Origin: Bispira polyomma
Taxonomy: Eukaryota
NCBI GenBank assembly: GCA_965649765.1
Contig: OZ287750.1
Span: 52,514,001 to 52,578,000 of the forward strand
Direction: 5' to 3'
DNA: 64,000 bases
The notes beneath the pieces were generated by a model. It did not search any database, had not been told where the DNA came from, and was given only the letters and a program-made list of their open reading frames with translations. Of the stretch, positions 38,870 through 51,500 are shown piece after piece; the stretch's first letter is position 1; every line of letters begins with the position of its first letter. A program made the position numbers and the translations under genes.

Positions 38870-39192
38870 CGTAGAACACATCTGACATATACTCAAGATC
38901 AAACATAGGTCAGATAAAGTTATATCTCCAAGGTCTAACTGAGATAAAAATCACACCTGACATATATTCTAGATCTAACATAGGTGAGATAAGTTTACAG
39001 CTCCAAGGTCAGACTAAGGTCACAGAATATGCCGGACATATATTCAAGATTAAGCATAGATGAGACAAAATTACATCTACAAGGTCAAACTGAGGTCAAA
39101 GAACAAACTGGGCTTATATTAAAAAATCAAACATGACTGAGGTAAGTTTACAGTCTCAAGGTCAAACTAAGATCACAGTATACACCTGACAC
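38870..39192. repeat. degenerate ~73-bp tandem repeat (~4 copies)
   Basis: Recurring cctgacatatattcaagatcaaacatagg...caaggtcaaact. Confidence 0.55.
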
Positions 39193-39509
39193 TGCAAACA
39201 TTAGCAGCTAAAAGCTACAGATTCTTAACCTATAAACAAAAATGACCATACTGATTTTACGGAAACTTGTTTCATTATTTAATAATCATATATATTAATG
39301 TAGATCTTATCTTATTCATGTAACAGATTAACTCTGTTAAATTATTAACTGAATACTGAACAAAACCTGCACTGTCCATGAGTTACACATGTTTTGAATA
39401 CAGGCTAAAGACACAAAAAAAAGTAGGAAAATAGGTAAAAGTAGTATGGTGTAAGGATATATTTGATACAAAACATCAATACAGCAAATTTAAAGAAGCT
39501 TTCTATTAC

Positions 39510-39616
39510 AATGATCTTTTCCCTGAAGTCTATTCCAATGGTTGGGATATATTGTCCATAATAGAAACTATCGGTAAACTGATGTAAAAATGTTGTCTTG
39601 CCAACTGAACTGTCAC
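39510..39616 (-). CDS. Rab27: Rab27 exon 2b, divergent duplicate P-loop/switch I (GDSSVGKTTFLHQFTDSFYYGQYIPTIGIDFREKII)
   Basis: ttccag|GT...ATT|gtaata, 107 nt, phase 1/0, no indels or stops. GxxxxGKT and TIGIDF are intact. Confidence 0.85.
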
Positions 39617-40336
39617 CTGGAAGTAAAGTTACAGTAACAGAAAATATAAGCAATATACTATACAATAGTTTACTAATTTCTGGTTTTGAAAATGACTGAC
39701 TTATTAATAAGATATTGGTACATGTACATGCTTATGAAATATTTGACAGAAACATACAGATAACAGAAACTGGTATTCTTATTACAGATAGCATTATCTT
39801 CATTAATTTCTATACAATGTCAAATGAAGCTGTTCAAATAGACAATATCTTTGTAACAGGTCAGTCATTTTATCATTGGCTATCTATGTTCAGTCACAAA
39901 TATATATAAACACCGCAATATTTGAGCAAGGGTCTTAGGAAAATACCACTAAGTTTTTGACGAACAATGAGAATAAAAAATGTAGACATTATCTCTAACT
40001 GGAAAAAAATATGTACACAATTTAACACAAGTAGAATTCTATTATCCTAATAGTAAAATTGAGAAAAGACATAAATTTCTTCCAGTGCACATAACTATCA
40101 TTGGTGACATCCTTTCCATATACAGCCCCAACACTACCATTTATACTAGCAGCCATATCAGACAATGGGGCACTGTAACATAATTAAGTTGACTTTTGTC
40201 ATATACAAAAATGTAACCCCTTTCTAAAATATTGACAGTGTGGGTATATATATTTGTCTCTGGTACATAGCCATACCAAGTTGTCAACTTGGAAGTTATT
40301 CTATTTGCACGACATACAGGCTCTATTAAAACTTAC

Positions 40337-40443
40337 TATCCGCTTCTCTCTGAAGTCTATTCCTACAGTGGAGATGAATTTGTTGTTAAATGTGCTGTCT
40401 GTATATTGATACAAAAACGAGGTCTTGCCCACTCCACTGTCTC
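40337..40443 (-). CDS. Rab27: Rab27 exon 2a, canonical P-loop/switch I ([36 protein letters not shown])
   Basis: tttcag|GA...ATA|gtaagt, 107 nt, phase 1/0. Confidence 0.95.
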
Positions 40444-40747
40444 CTGAAATCCACACAAATACAAGGGCAACCGGTACAGTATATGTATATACAGTAGAAC
40501 TTCTATTATCCAAACTTCTGTTTTCCCGATAATTCGATTTAATGAACTTGTTTTCGTATTATTTTGTACTGTATGGCCTATTCAATTTTATAAACCTTCA
40601 GTTGTCTAAACAAAATGTTTGTTTCTGAACATTTTTGGATAATGGAGGTTTTTTAATGCATATCACTTAAGTTCTAGACATAGTGACATATTATTAAATA
40701 AAATAAATATAATGTCATGGCATTATAAGTTTATATTTTATACACAG

Positions 40748-42055
40748 TAAGGCACGGAATCGGCCTGTTTTTTCCAGGTCGATTAATCGCTTCATTTGCC
40801 GGGTTATGATCGATTTATAATCGATTATTTACACAATTATATTGTTTAAAATATTAAGTTTATCCTGCCATCCCAGGCTGAATATATTGTGATCCGTAAA
40901 AAATTTGCTTAAATTCAAACGTTTCACATTTAGTATCTACCGCTAAACTATTTGACTTCAGGTAAACAAATGCAAAAGTGATAAAAATTGCTTTTTTTGA
41001 CATAAAAACCATATAAAACTAGACCTAGCACATCAGAGAACCGATGCATATTTGTATCCACCAGAAAGACAAAGCACCCTGGGTAGTAAGCACCTTAGGT
41101 AGCAAGCACCCTTGCTAGCACCTAAGCTAGGAGCCTATGATTTCCTATAGGGCATTTATGCTAAAGCCTCAAATCGCACAAGTAAGTTTCACATTGCAAA
41201 CAAGAAGTGTAAGATAGGCACTTTAAAGTTTGGCCTACCTGTTTGACCTTGCACGAGGGATCCAAGGTCAAATCTGACCACAACAAAAGATTAGCAGCCC
41301 ATGGTTTACTATAGGTTGGTTTCACATCCCAAACCTGTACGACCAATAAAAAGGGAGATGTAGGGACTTTTATGTTGATTAAGACTGACCTTGAACGAGA
41401 GCCAAAGGTCAAATCGGACCACATGAAAAGATTACCAGCCCATGATTTCCTATAGGTTTGTTTTAGATCCCAAACCTCTAGCACCCATATTAAGCGAGAT
41501 ATAGGCACTAGGGAAAATTGGGCCAAAATCGGTCACTTGGGGTACTTTGGCACTTTGTTGATGACCTTGAATGAGGAGATTCAAGGTCAAATGTCTGCAT
41601 GCTTATAAAGGACTAAACATCCGTTAAACATATCACCCGTAAAGAGATTTAACCTTCTACAGCTGAGAAACAGACACAGTTAAAAGCCTGATTATTATCA
41701 AAGAAACGCCCGTGGCGGCCATCTTGCTTGTCAAAATGAGGCCAAAATAACTCCCAGGCAATCTTTTGTAATAAAGAACATATCCTGTAAATTTGAGTAG
41801 CCTAGGTGTAAAAGTTTTGCCAGGAGAGTGGTAACGGTAAAATCTCCACACACTGATGTGGCATCGGCATAATGATGACTAATCCATAGTATCCACCAGA
41901 GTTTTCCAGTGGATAAAACGTCAAAATATCTCATTAGTTGAAGTTAGGAAAAGTATTTGGTGAAAAATTGATTACCTAAAATTAGGACTGATTAACAACG
42001 ATCTTGGAGTATCATCGACAATTAATCGACTGGTCGTCTAATTGTTTAACCACTA
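40748..42055. mobile_element. hAT-like element with nested HINE
   Basis: Exact 8-bp TSD atacacag at 40740-40747 and 42056-42063. TA..TA termini and cgattaatcg subterminal motifs. Confidence 0.7.
41017..41918 (-). mobile_element. Helentron-associated (HINE-like) element
   Basis: aactag end with hairpin, subterminal tatccacc / gtggata inverted repeat, internal ~140-bp repeats. Confidence 0.65.
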
Positions 42056-44223
42056 ATACACAGGGAGAACACCAATACATCACTGGTATGTAGTCTGAAG
42101 ACTAACCTTTTAATCTCACAGATCATAGAGCAGGGATCTTATATCAAGATTGAAGTATTAGTGTATTTTGTTTAAATCTTGTTTCAAAAATATGAATTAC
42201 ATCAAATTTGAACAATGAAGTTAAACAATATTATGCATATATGCTATACTTGCATTGTGTTTGGTTATCTTCCATTTAATGCAGCTTTACAAAATACTTG
42301 ACAAAGGTCTCGCAGTTGTATTTGAAGATTTATTTATCTCTAGCCTTATATGAATGAGTTAATAAGTGTAGTTACCACTAAGAACTCAAAATGACTCTGA
42401 AGTCTGAATAATCTTTTTGAATGACGTCAGTTTTTGTGTTTGACTGGCTGCCACTGACAGTAACATGATCTAGCTATCTCATTCTATGATCCCCAACAAT
42501 CTGTCCAAGGGTATCTTAACTAGACTATTGCATTAGGTTGATAGTGATGGAGAATTGGAGATCAGGTCCCAAAATATGGAGTCCCCAGGACTCAGCCATT
42601 GCTAAAGTATTAAGTCCAAAAAGTTTTTGTTAAAAATTTTGACAGAGACTTAAATTTGAACATATACATGTTTTATACTTCAAGCAGTTAACATGCTTTA
42701 TTTTACTTTCGCTTAAAAATACTAGAGCACACATTTGTGACAATATACTTGGAAGCCTTACTATCACGATCTGTGAGTTTGCTATAAGTAAAGTATTCAG
42801 GAGACAATAAGATGACAGAATGATGCTAATATTCTTTGAGAGGAGAGACTCAGGGTACAGTGAGTCTTCTGAGGCCTCACAAAATATTTATACAATGATA
42901 AATTGTTGATACAGAAAAAAAAACTATATATCACACCGAGGGCGTATTAAAAACATAGAAATAGTGATGGAAAAATAACATTTATTCAGATATGAAAAAG
43001 TAATGAGTAACGAGTATCCTATATCAGTACTATATATAAGCAAAATAATTAAGGAAAAGAGTAATTTACAATCCTTTACAAAGTCAACCTATTTAAACGA
43101 CACTATTTTTTGCCCTTTACTGCAGTTATAAATATTTTAGAAGACTTTCACCCAAAAGTGCCTACTCTTCTTAAATTCCTTGTGAGGATTACTGTTCTTA
43201 ACTGGGTTTAGTATTGGGGGATGTCAACAGTGGGCTAAGTATTGAGGGCTGTAAAAAATGAACTTTCATAGATGGTTTGACAATCACCTAAACTTGACTT
43301 TGCAGAATTTAACTTCTAAGACAATTTAAACAAACATGTCACATAAATAATTGGAAGGAATTTTAATGATCCGATATGGCAATAGTCAAAAGAAGCAAAC
43401 AGTCTTAAGTATATAATATTACAGGGAAGTAGCCAGGATTTTTCATTTAGTACTCCCCATTGAACCAAAATTTTCATTCTGTCTGTCATAAATTTTTTTA
43501 TTATTTTATTTCGTTAGTACTAACATAGATTTATGTTATTAAATTAAAAAAAGAAAAATTATTATTTTTTTTTTAAATTTCTGTTCTTTAAAAAAACATT
43601 CCTGTCATTGGCATTAATGGTGGCTACGCCCCTGCATTTACACTAACCAAATGGAAACTCTGAAGACCAAACACTAGCACTTTTAGAAAAAAGGCATATA
43701 GCAAAAATATATATATATGCTATGGATCACTGAAATTATGGCCTTTTCTGGACTTGTTTGGAGCTTTACTATAAAGTCCTTATAAAGATGGTAAATACCA
43801 TGGCTCAACAGAAAAGCTACAAAAAAGCAAGTTATGACATAAACATCGCCCAAAATGCTGCAAAACAGGTCATATCATCTATACTAGCACTTCTGTAAAA
43901 CCATGTCTTCCAAAGTAGAAAACTTAGATAAAAGAATCAAAGAAAATGAAAACTTTACTATTGAAGGATTTTCTTATTAATTTCTTCAGCAATGTCAAAT
44001 TAACAGTCTAAATTTATATAATTTAGAAGTTCTTCAAAATATATGCAAAACAACCGCAAAACATACTGAACAATAAAAATGTACACATAAACGTATCTTC
44101 AAATTTTTAACTAACAGAATTAATCACTACCGTCTTGAAGTGCCACCAAATAATCAATGAACAAATAGACGGTAGATGCAAAACCCTGTAAAATTGCAAG
44201 AGGCCTTATTTGTTATTACTCAC

Positions 44224-44302
44224 CGAGTGCTAGGAATTTGATGAGGTAGTCGTAATCTGCTCCAGTCGTGGTCCCATTGGCTGTGACAGAGGAGTCACCC
44301 AT
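44224..44302 (-). CDS. Rab27: Rab27 first coding exon (MGDSSVTANGTTTGADYDYLIKFLAL-G)
   Basis: ctgtag|AGTTGGAG ATG ... CTC G|gtgagt. DYDYLIKFLALG is the Rab27 N-terminal signature. The exon begins at 44310, so a further 5'UTR exon lies upstream. Confidence 0.94.
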
Positions 44303-46204
44303 CTCCAACTCTACAGTCATTAAAACACACAGATACTAGTTAGTTTAACGATTTATTAGGTGCTCACCTTTCTCTTTCAACTTATAGAAGCAAGCTGAAG
44401 ACCTATATCTCTATCACGAAGCTGATCCCACTTGACAAAGTCTCACCATCACTGACCCCACTCTCTGTTAATGACACTTTTTCTGTCCACCACAATATGA
44501 TTACTGAACAATGTTTTTGGATGTTGCGACTTATAATCCGCTAGTAATGAGATTTGGCGTGATTATGGAATTGATTAGATTAGATTTAACTTACTGTTTT
44601 ACTAATTAATAGTTAAATGTTCTTGTGTTATATAATTTCTGTTCATATGGTTTTGTTCCTTTCATTTTGTAACACTGTTATTATATACATGTTCCATTTT
44701 ATGTACCAAGAGTTAATGGCATATTATTGAAATAAATTTATTTTATTCAAATATGCCAGAAAGATACTTATTCAATATAGTAATATAAATATTCTACATG
44801 CTTCTTCTATATTTAAGCTTTGTATTATCCAGACAGTATCCTGCTGTCCCAAAGTAGTCGAATAATGATGGTTTTGTTACTATATTCAATATATGTCCGA
44901 CCTTAAAAAGCTACATACATTATTACACTCTAGTGCAGTAACAGATTAACTCAACTATCAACTCTAATTTCATAAGAAACACAACTACTAGTTAACATTT
45001 TAGTTATATACCAAAAATAACCATATTTATTTTCTAATTTCCCAACAACTAAATATTCAGTTGGAACTTGGATGCACTCCTTTCCCCTTTAATTTCTTTT
45101 TGCTATTTATAATAAAACGACTCTTCTACATTGAACCTTTCCAATATCCAAACAAAATCTTGCTGTCCCAAGGTTATTTAAGTTAGGTTTTTAATGTATT
45201 CAAAAGATGTAGGGCTTTTTGAATATATATGCACCCTAATTAGTCATACATTAAGTGATTTACTTCACTTATTAATCACTAAATTAAACAACCTTCGTTT
45301 GTAGTTTCAGTTGTAAAATATTTATTGTAACAAAATATATTTTCATAATTCCATCATTATTTTAGTCACAATGCATTACTTTGACACACAATGTAGATAA
45401 TATACAGTATATGTAGTCATATTTTTCCTCCTGCTTTCTATAAACTTGCTTTGTAGTTATATAGCAAGCTGTCACTGGCTGATAACTTTCAGCAACCTTT
45501 AGAGCTTTTTCCAATTTAAGTCTATTGTGCATATGTAAAGCTAATTCAATTACAGTATCACCATTTTTCATTTTAAAAGCAAGTACTGCCTGAAAACAAT
45601 CTCAACGTTGCATTTTAGACATTACACTAAAACATCATAATAATGATTTGTATGTGCATACATTTGTGCCGATACTCAATGCAATTTAAATCTACAGATA
45701 AATGTGTATGGTGATCATATATTCAGGGTATTTTATCAATAGTTGTCTTGTATTAGCACAAGTGTGAATCATGTGACAAAGTTACATATACCAGACCATA
45801 GCACAGGCACTTTATGAAGGGTAAAGAATAATAAAACTTAAAGCCTTATAATTCTTACTATAATAGCATACACTGTTTAATGTAGGGTTTAAATGCGCTT
45901 TAAAGAACATTGAAAAGATAATTAAGTTTTCTAAATGCTATTCCATTGACAAAACTATTTTTTGGAGGCGGTTTAAAAGTGTCCTAACAATTAGCAATAT
46001 TTATTTACCGGTTGCTTTTTGTCAATTTATCAGTATAACATTTACTTAAATAACATCAGTTTCCAAATATAAGCTCACTGATAACACATTTATGATTGCA
46101 TTAACCCTTTTGCGATAATGTCTGTTTACAACCAGGCGACACCCATTATTATCATTTAGCAACATCAAAATAAATGGCACAAGGCATCAGTGGTCTTTCT
46201 TTTA

Positions 46205-46510
46205 GCCTACGCTTCCTTTCAGCACATACCGAATTTGGCTGATTTGTGTGTGTCCAAGCCGATCTGACGTCGGCTGATGTAACGCTTTCTTTCAGCAGAT
46301 ATCTAGTAAATATTTGAATGTACATTTTTGTTTTTTTCTTTATTTTTGTTCCAAAATTGGACAGTCCGATTTTTTTTCCTCCCTGACAGATAAAAACTGT
46401 TGGCCCAACAGATGTCAGCCGACATCCAATCGGATCTGATGCAAATATGCTGAAAGGAAGCACTTGGTAGTATTGTATCACGAGGGAAAAAATCGGCAAA
46501 CGCCGGGCGT
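46205..46510. mobile_element. truncated copy of the GCCTACGCTTCC MITE
   Basis: Left TIR gcctacgcttcctttcagc and an internal match to 34368 and 56959. Confidence 0.65.
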
Positions 46511-46530
46511 TAAAAATTGAAAATGATAAT

Positions 46531-48563
46531 AACTAGAAAACGGTTTTTGATAACAAAAACGAAGCGTCCCTAAAGTTAAAATAATAATGAAATTGTTTAG
46601 TGTACAAGGTTTGATATTGTTTAAAAGTTGACATATAAGCAGAATCAGCACTTTTGGTCAAATATAAGCTCGAAATCGCTCTACATAGCACCATTTCCGA
46701 GATAACAGACATTTTCGAAAAAGACGCAGAAATTGAAGATGGTTGCCCAAATCAAAAATTACTTCAAAAGTTTACATATAAGAAAAATCAGCCCTGTGGG
46801 TCCAAAATGAGGTTGAAATCGCTCTATCTAGCACCGTTTCCGAGATAAAGGACATTTTTGAAAAAGACGCAGAAATTCAAGAGGGCCACCAAAATCAAAC
46901 ATTTTTTTTAAAAGTATAAATATAAGCAAAAACAACCCTGAGGGTCGAAAATGAGCTCGAAATCGCTCTATCGTTCGAAAAAGGCACAGAAATTCAAGAT
47001 GGCCGCCAAAATAAAATTTTTTTTGAAAGTTTACATATAAGCAAAATCAACCCTGTGGGTCAAAAATTAGCTTGAAATCGCTCTATCTAGCACCGTTTCT
47101 GAGATAAAGGACATTTTCAAAAAAGACGCAGAAATTCAAGATGGCCGCCAAAATTCAAAATTTTTTTGAAAGTTTACATATGAGCAAAATCAACCCTGTG
47201 GGTCAAAAATGAGCTTGAAATCGCTCTATCTAGCACAGTTTCCGAGATAAAGGACATTTTCGAAAAAGACGCAGAAATTCAAGATGGCCGCCCAAATTGA
47301 ACATTATTTTAAAATTTACAAACAAGCAAAATCAACCCTGTGAGTCGAAAATGAGCTCGAAATCGCTGTATCTAGCACCGTTTCCGAGATAACAGACATT
47401 TTCGGAAAAGACGCAGAAATTCAAGATGGCCGCCAAAATTTAACATTTTTTGGAAGTTTACATATAAGAAAAATCAACCCTGTGGGTCGAAAATGAGCTC
47501 GAAATCGCTCTATCTAGCACCGTTTCCGAGATAACGGACATTTTCGAAAAAGACGCAGAAATTCAAGATGGCCGCCAAAATTGAACATTTATTCAAAAGT
47601 TTACATATAAGCAAAATCAACCCTGTGAGTCGAAAATGAGCTCGAAATCGCTCTATCTAGCACCGTTTCCGAGATAACGGACATTTTCGAAAAAGACGCA
47701 AAAAGTCAAGATGGCCGCCAAAATTGAAAATTTTTTGAAAGTTTACATATAAGCAAAATTAATCCTGTCGAAAATGAGCTCGAAATCGCTCTATCTAGCA
47801 CCGTTTCAGAGATAACGGACATTTTCGAAAAAGACGCAGAAATTCAAGATGGCCGCCAAAATTGAAATTTTTTTGAAAGTTTACATATAAGCAAAATCAA
47901 CCCTGTGGGTCTAAAAATTTACGAACATCTATGCTTTGGTATTTGCAATGTGCATGCTAAATTTCATTGAACTATGACAAGTACTTCAAAAGAAAAGTTG
48001 ATAAAAGTGCAAGATAGAGCAAAATAGTGCAATCTACTCATTTGAAGTACTCAGTACTCATTGAGTACTGGACTTAGAACTGTGAGATTTTTACATCATA
48101 CATAAAATCAAAAAGTAGATGAATAACTTATACCAAGAAAAAGCCAAAATCCCAATAGTTTCTGAGATAGCAAAAAAGTACCGATTTTTCGCATTTCAAT
48201 AAAAATCAATCGGTTGGCAATCGGTCAATTACCATCCGATTAATCTCATCAGCGTCTCCCGTCCTGAAAATTGCCTTACCAAGGTACATACCAAATTTCA
48301 TTGAGCTATGATGAATAATTTCTGAGAAAACCTAGTGACAAGCACTTTTACACCCCCAGGGCCACCTGACATTTAAGCAGGCCAAAGTTCAAAGCCAAGA
48401 ATATGAAAAAAATTTCCCACTCCTGGTTAAGAGAACTGCCAAAAATAATTTTGATGCAGATAATATTGAAGGAGATATTCAAGGAAGGCCATGCGGCGGC
48501 GGCGGCAGCGAGGAAACCAGGGGTGAAACCAAATAAGCGCCCTTTTCAAGGGACGTTTAATTA
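46531..48563 (-). mobile_element. complete HINE-like element with ~9 x 142-bp tandem array (copy 2)
   Basis: aactag + gtttttg/caaaaac hairpin + aagcgtccct at the left; (GGC)n + agggacg at the right. Near-identical to copy 1. Confidence 0.88.
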
Positions 48564-51500
48564 ACTGCTCCCTTAATAGTGATGTTACCGGGATGTTTTG
48601 GGTAAAATTAAAGTTAATAACAAACACAATAATTCCAATTCAACACAACGTTTATTTTTATAGTTTCTAAGAGCCACTTTATTAACACAAGTTTTTACAC
48701 AGGGAGAAAGGATGTTGCCTGTGTGGAATCTAGAATCCTTCTGCCCAATGCAAGCCAACTCTGCCCTGAGGAAGGATCCAGGAATTGTGGGAAATGGTTG
48801 TCCATCTTCCTGGCTACTACTAAATGGGTGATTGCTATTATACAGACAAAGAACTAAGAAATTATTATAATAGCTATAACTGGTATTATTAAGATCTACG
48901 GAAGAATAAATACATTTGTTGGTCAAACTTAATATGAAAGGTTAGTTGAAGATTGCAAAACTGCAAAAACTATCAATAACTTACGAAATACTTTTATATC
49001 ATAACTCTATCTTACCTGGACTTCTGATTAATATTAATGAGTACCAAATATGTCACTAGCTGGCTAGGAGAACAAAGAGAGGAAGTAGCTGGTAAGCTGT
49101 TATTCACACCTACTGTATCAAGATAGAAGGGAGTAATTATAGAAGGAAGCATTACTGTGGATATAGCTTTGTGTGAATGCTTTCCCCTCATAGAAATCAT
49201 TGGTAAGGAACTACACAGCTTGCTTCCCAGATGGAACTTTCTATATTCTATTTATAGCTCTTAAGATTTGGTATAGGTTATTGTCAGGGTAAACTCATTA
49301 TGAGGTTTGTAGCTTAAATTATTAAAATATTAACTTGGTAACAGTGAGATGGTTAATTTCAATATTTAAAACCTGTCTATTAGTAGTTGATTTCACAAGT
49401 ACAGAATATTATTATTATTCCTGTACAAGATAGCACCAGCGGTACTGAAAAAGCAGTCACGAGATATATAAAAGTATTGAACTAAAAATCTAAATCACGT
49501 ACAGAATACATTATCTACCAAATATGTGAAGTTACTATGAGTAATAATTGAGATAAAGACTGCAAAATATTTTGATTAAGGTCATTTGACCCAGATCAAA
49601 AGTTATGATGAGGTTGGAGCAGGCCATTGCACATTTTTCTCTCCCCCAACATAATGGATATTTGTACCAAATATAAACTTTTAAACATATATTAGCTTGC
49701 CTTTCCCTATCCAGGAAAAATGTCCCCATCCATGCCATATTTCAGAATTTTTGTCTCACAAGGAAAATCTTTGTATTATGTCTCCCAAGGAAAACCTACA
49801 CATCATCTTACAGCTCAGAGCTGGAGATATCTGTCTCTAATCAAGTTTCAAATATATGTAAACATTATTGATAATTTGGTAGAACTGGGAGCCAGAGTAA
49901 TCAACATCTTGTGATAAAAGCAGTTACAAAGATCTAGTTCAGAGAAGGAATACAACACATTCCAGCAGCCATTAAAGGCCTAAGGATAATATCTTCAATC
50001 AAGAAGCAACCTTTAGGGGTATAGTCCTTAACTGAATGTATCTAACTTATAGTGAGATGCACTTCTTCTTATCGCCCTACTTTATTCCAATTATTTAGCA
50101 TTTTAAAGAGAAAAACAAATTTACTGAAGTGATGAAAATACTGTTAACACTGCATGCATGTTTAAGACATAATTGATTATAATATCAACTCTCTCGGATT
50201 AGCGTGCACTTTGATAATAGCCCACAGTTAAACATTTAAACCAAAAGCATTTCCTCGTCCATCATCGCCTAATTTTTGTAAAGTCTGAGTTAAAAGCCCA
50301 CATGTTTTGCAGTGAGAGTTTATTAAACCTAAAACAGCAGCCAGTTACTCACTTAAAATATCGTCTTCAAGTTAAACATATTCAGACACCCAAATGGACC
50401 ACGTACATCTTGACAACTAAAAATCTTTCTAAATTGTCACAAAACCTTTAACTAAATGTAATCATTTAAAAGCACAAACTGTATTCAATTTTCATTGACT
50501 CTAGGTCAGCTAATATTGCAGAAGTTCCACAGCACAGTTGTACCGAATAATTATATCAAATAGGAAGTCCATGCAATTTCAGGTTACTGAGATGTAGCCC
50601 AAAAAGTAAAGGTGTCATGTGCCATTAACTTTGACTATATCTGTCTTTGTGATATACCGCTAAAATGGTATTACTAACACTGGAAATATACTGTAAACTT
50701 GAAGGGTCATCAGAAGACAGATGTGGCAAGAGTTTTTCTGTGCATCAACTAGTTTATATACAGTTGAACCCCTTCAAGTGTAACTTTCTTAAGTCAATTT
50801 TCCAGTTACTAGAGGAGAAAAATTTGTAGTCCCACAAAGGTCTTTTCTTTTAATATATCCTGTGTTAAGTGGAAATTCTGCCCAAAGGGCTTTATACACT
50901 GCTGACTACACAACACTACAGGGGATGACCTGTCACAGCACGACAGTACTATGTACATCAAACACGCCACCACACTACAATAATAATCTATATAAAATAT
51001 ACATTCTGTGTGGTTTTACTGTATATTCATATCATACTGATACTATACAATAAACGCAACGACAAATGCTTTTTTTAAGAGATTTGCAAGTTCAATTGCT
51101 GTGTAGTGTGGTGTGGTGTCATGTAGGGAGCAGTTGATATAATATTATTAATTTATTTCTAATTTTTTGTTGAGTAGTCAGCATTGTATAAAGACCTTTA
51201 GTAAAGGTATTTCTCCTGGTTCCTTAAGGTTTGACTTAAACAGGTTCAATTGTAATATTAATAACGCAAACTTGTTCAATTGTAATATTAATAATGCAAA
51301 CTAAGTACTAGACATTTATTAGGAGGTAACCTTTATTCCACTTCCTAGTGGGACGAGACTTTCTGGTCATTTTCCTCATTCTGTGAGGTTGGTGACATCT
51401 CGGGGTGGAGTCAGTCTCAGACTCGTCTTGACTACGAGAGTCATTCCGTAAATGTGTTACTAAACCGTGCATGTTCCTTTGTTATGATACTGCACTGTTA

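Noticed and set aside
42380-42470. Possible third Rab27 exon-2 copy (GAC TTC AGA match)
   Set aside because: Translation lacks GxxxxGKT and TxGIDF; chance similarity.
44285-44302. N-myristoylation of the Rab27 N-terminal extension (MGDSSV)
   Set aside because: Asp at position 3 and Val at position 6 do not fit the NMT consensus.
49012-49200. Upstream coding exon extending the Rab27 N-terminus (CAG|gtaaga donor)
   Set aside because: The ORF frame is not in frame with the Rab27 ATG and the in-frame reading has a nearby stop. At best it is an unproven 5'UTR exon.
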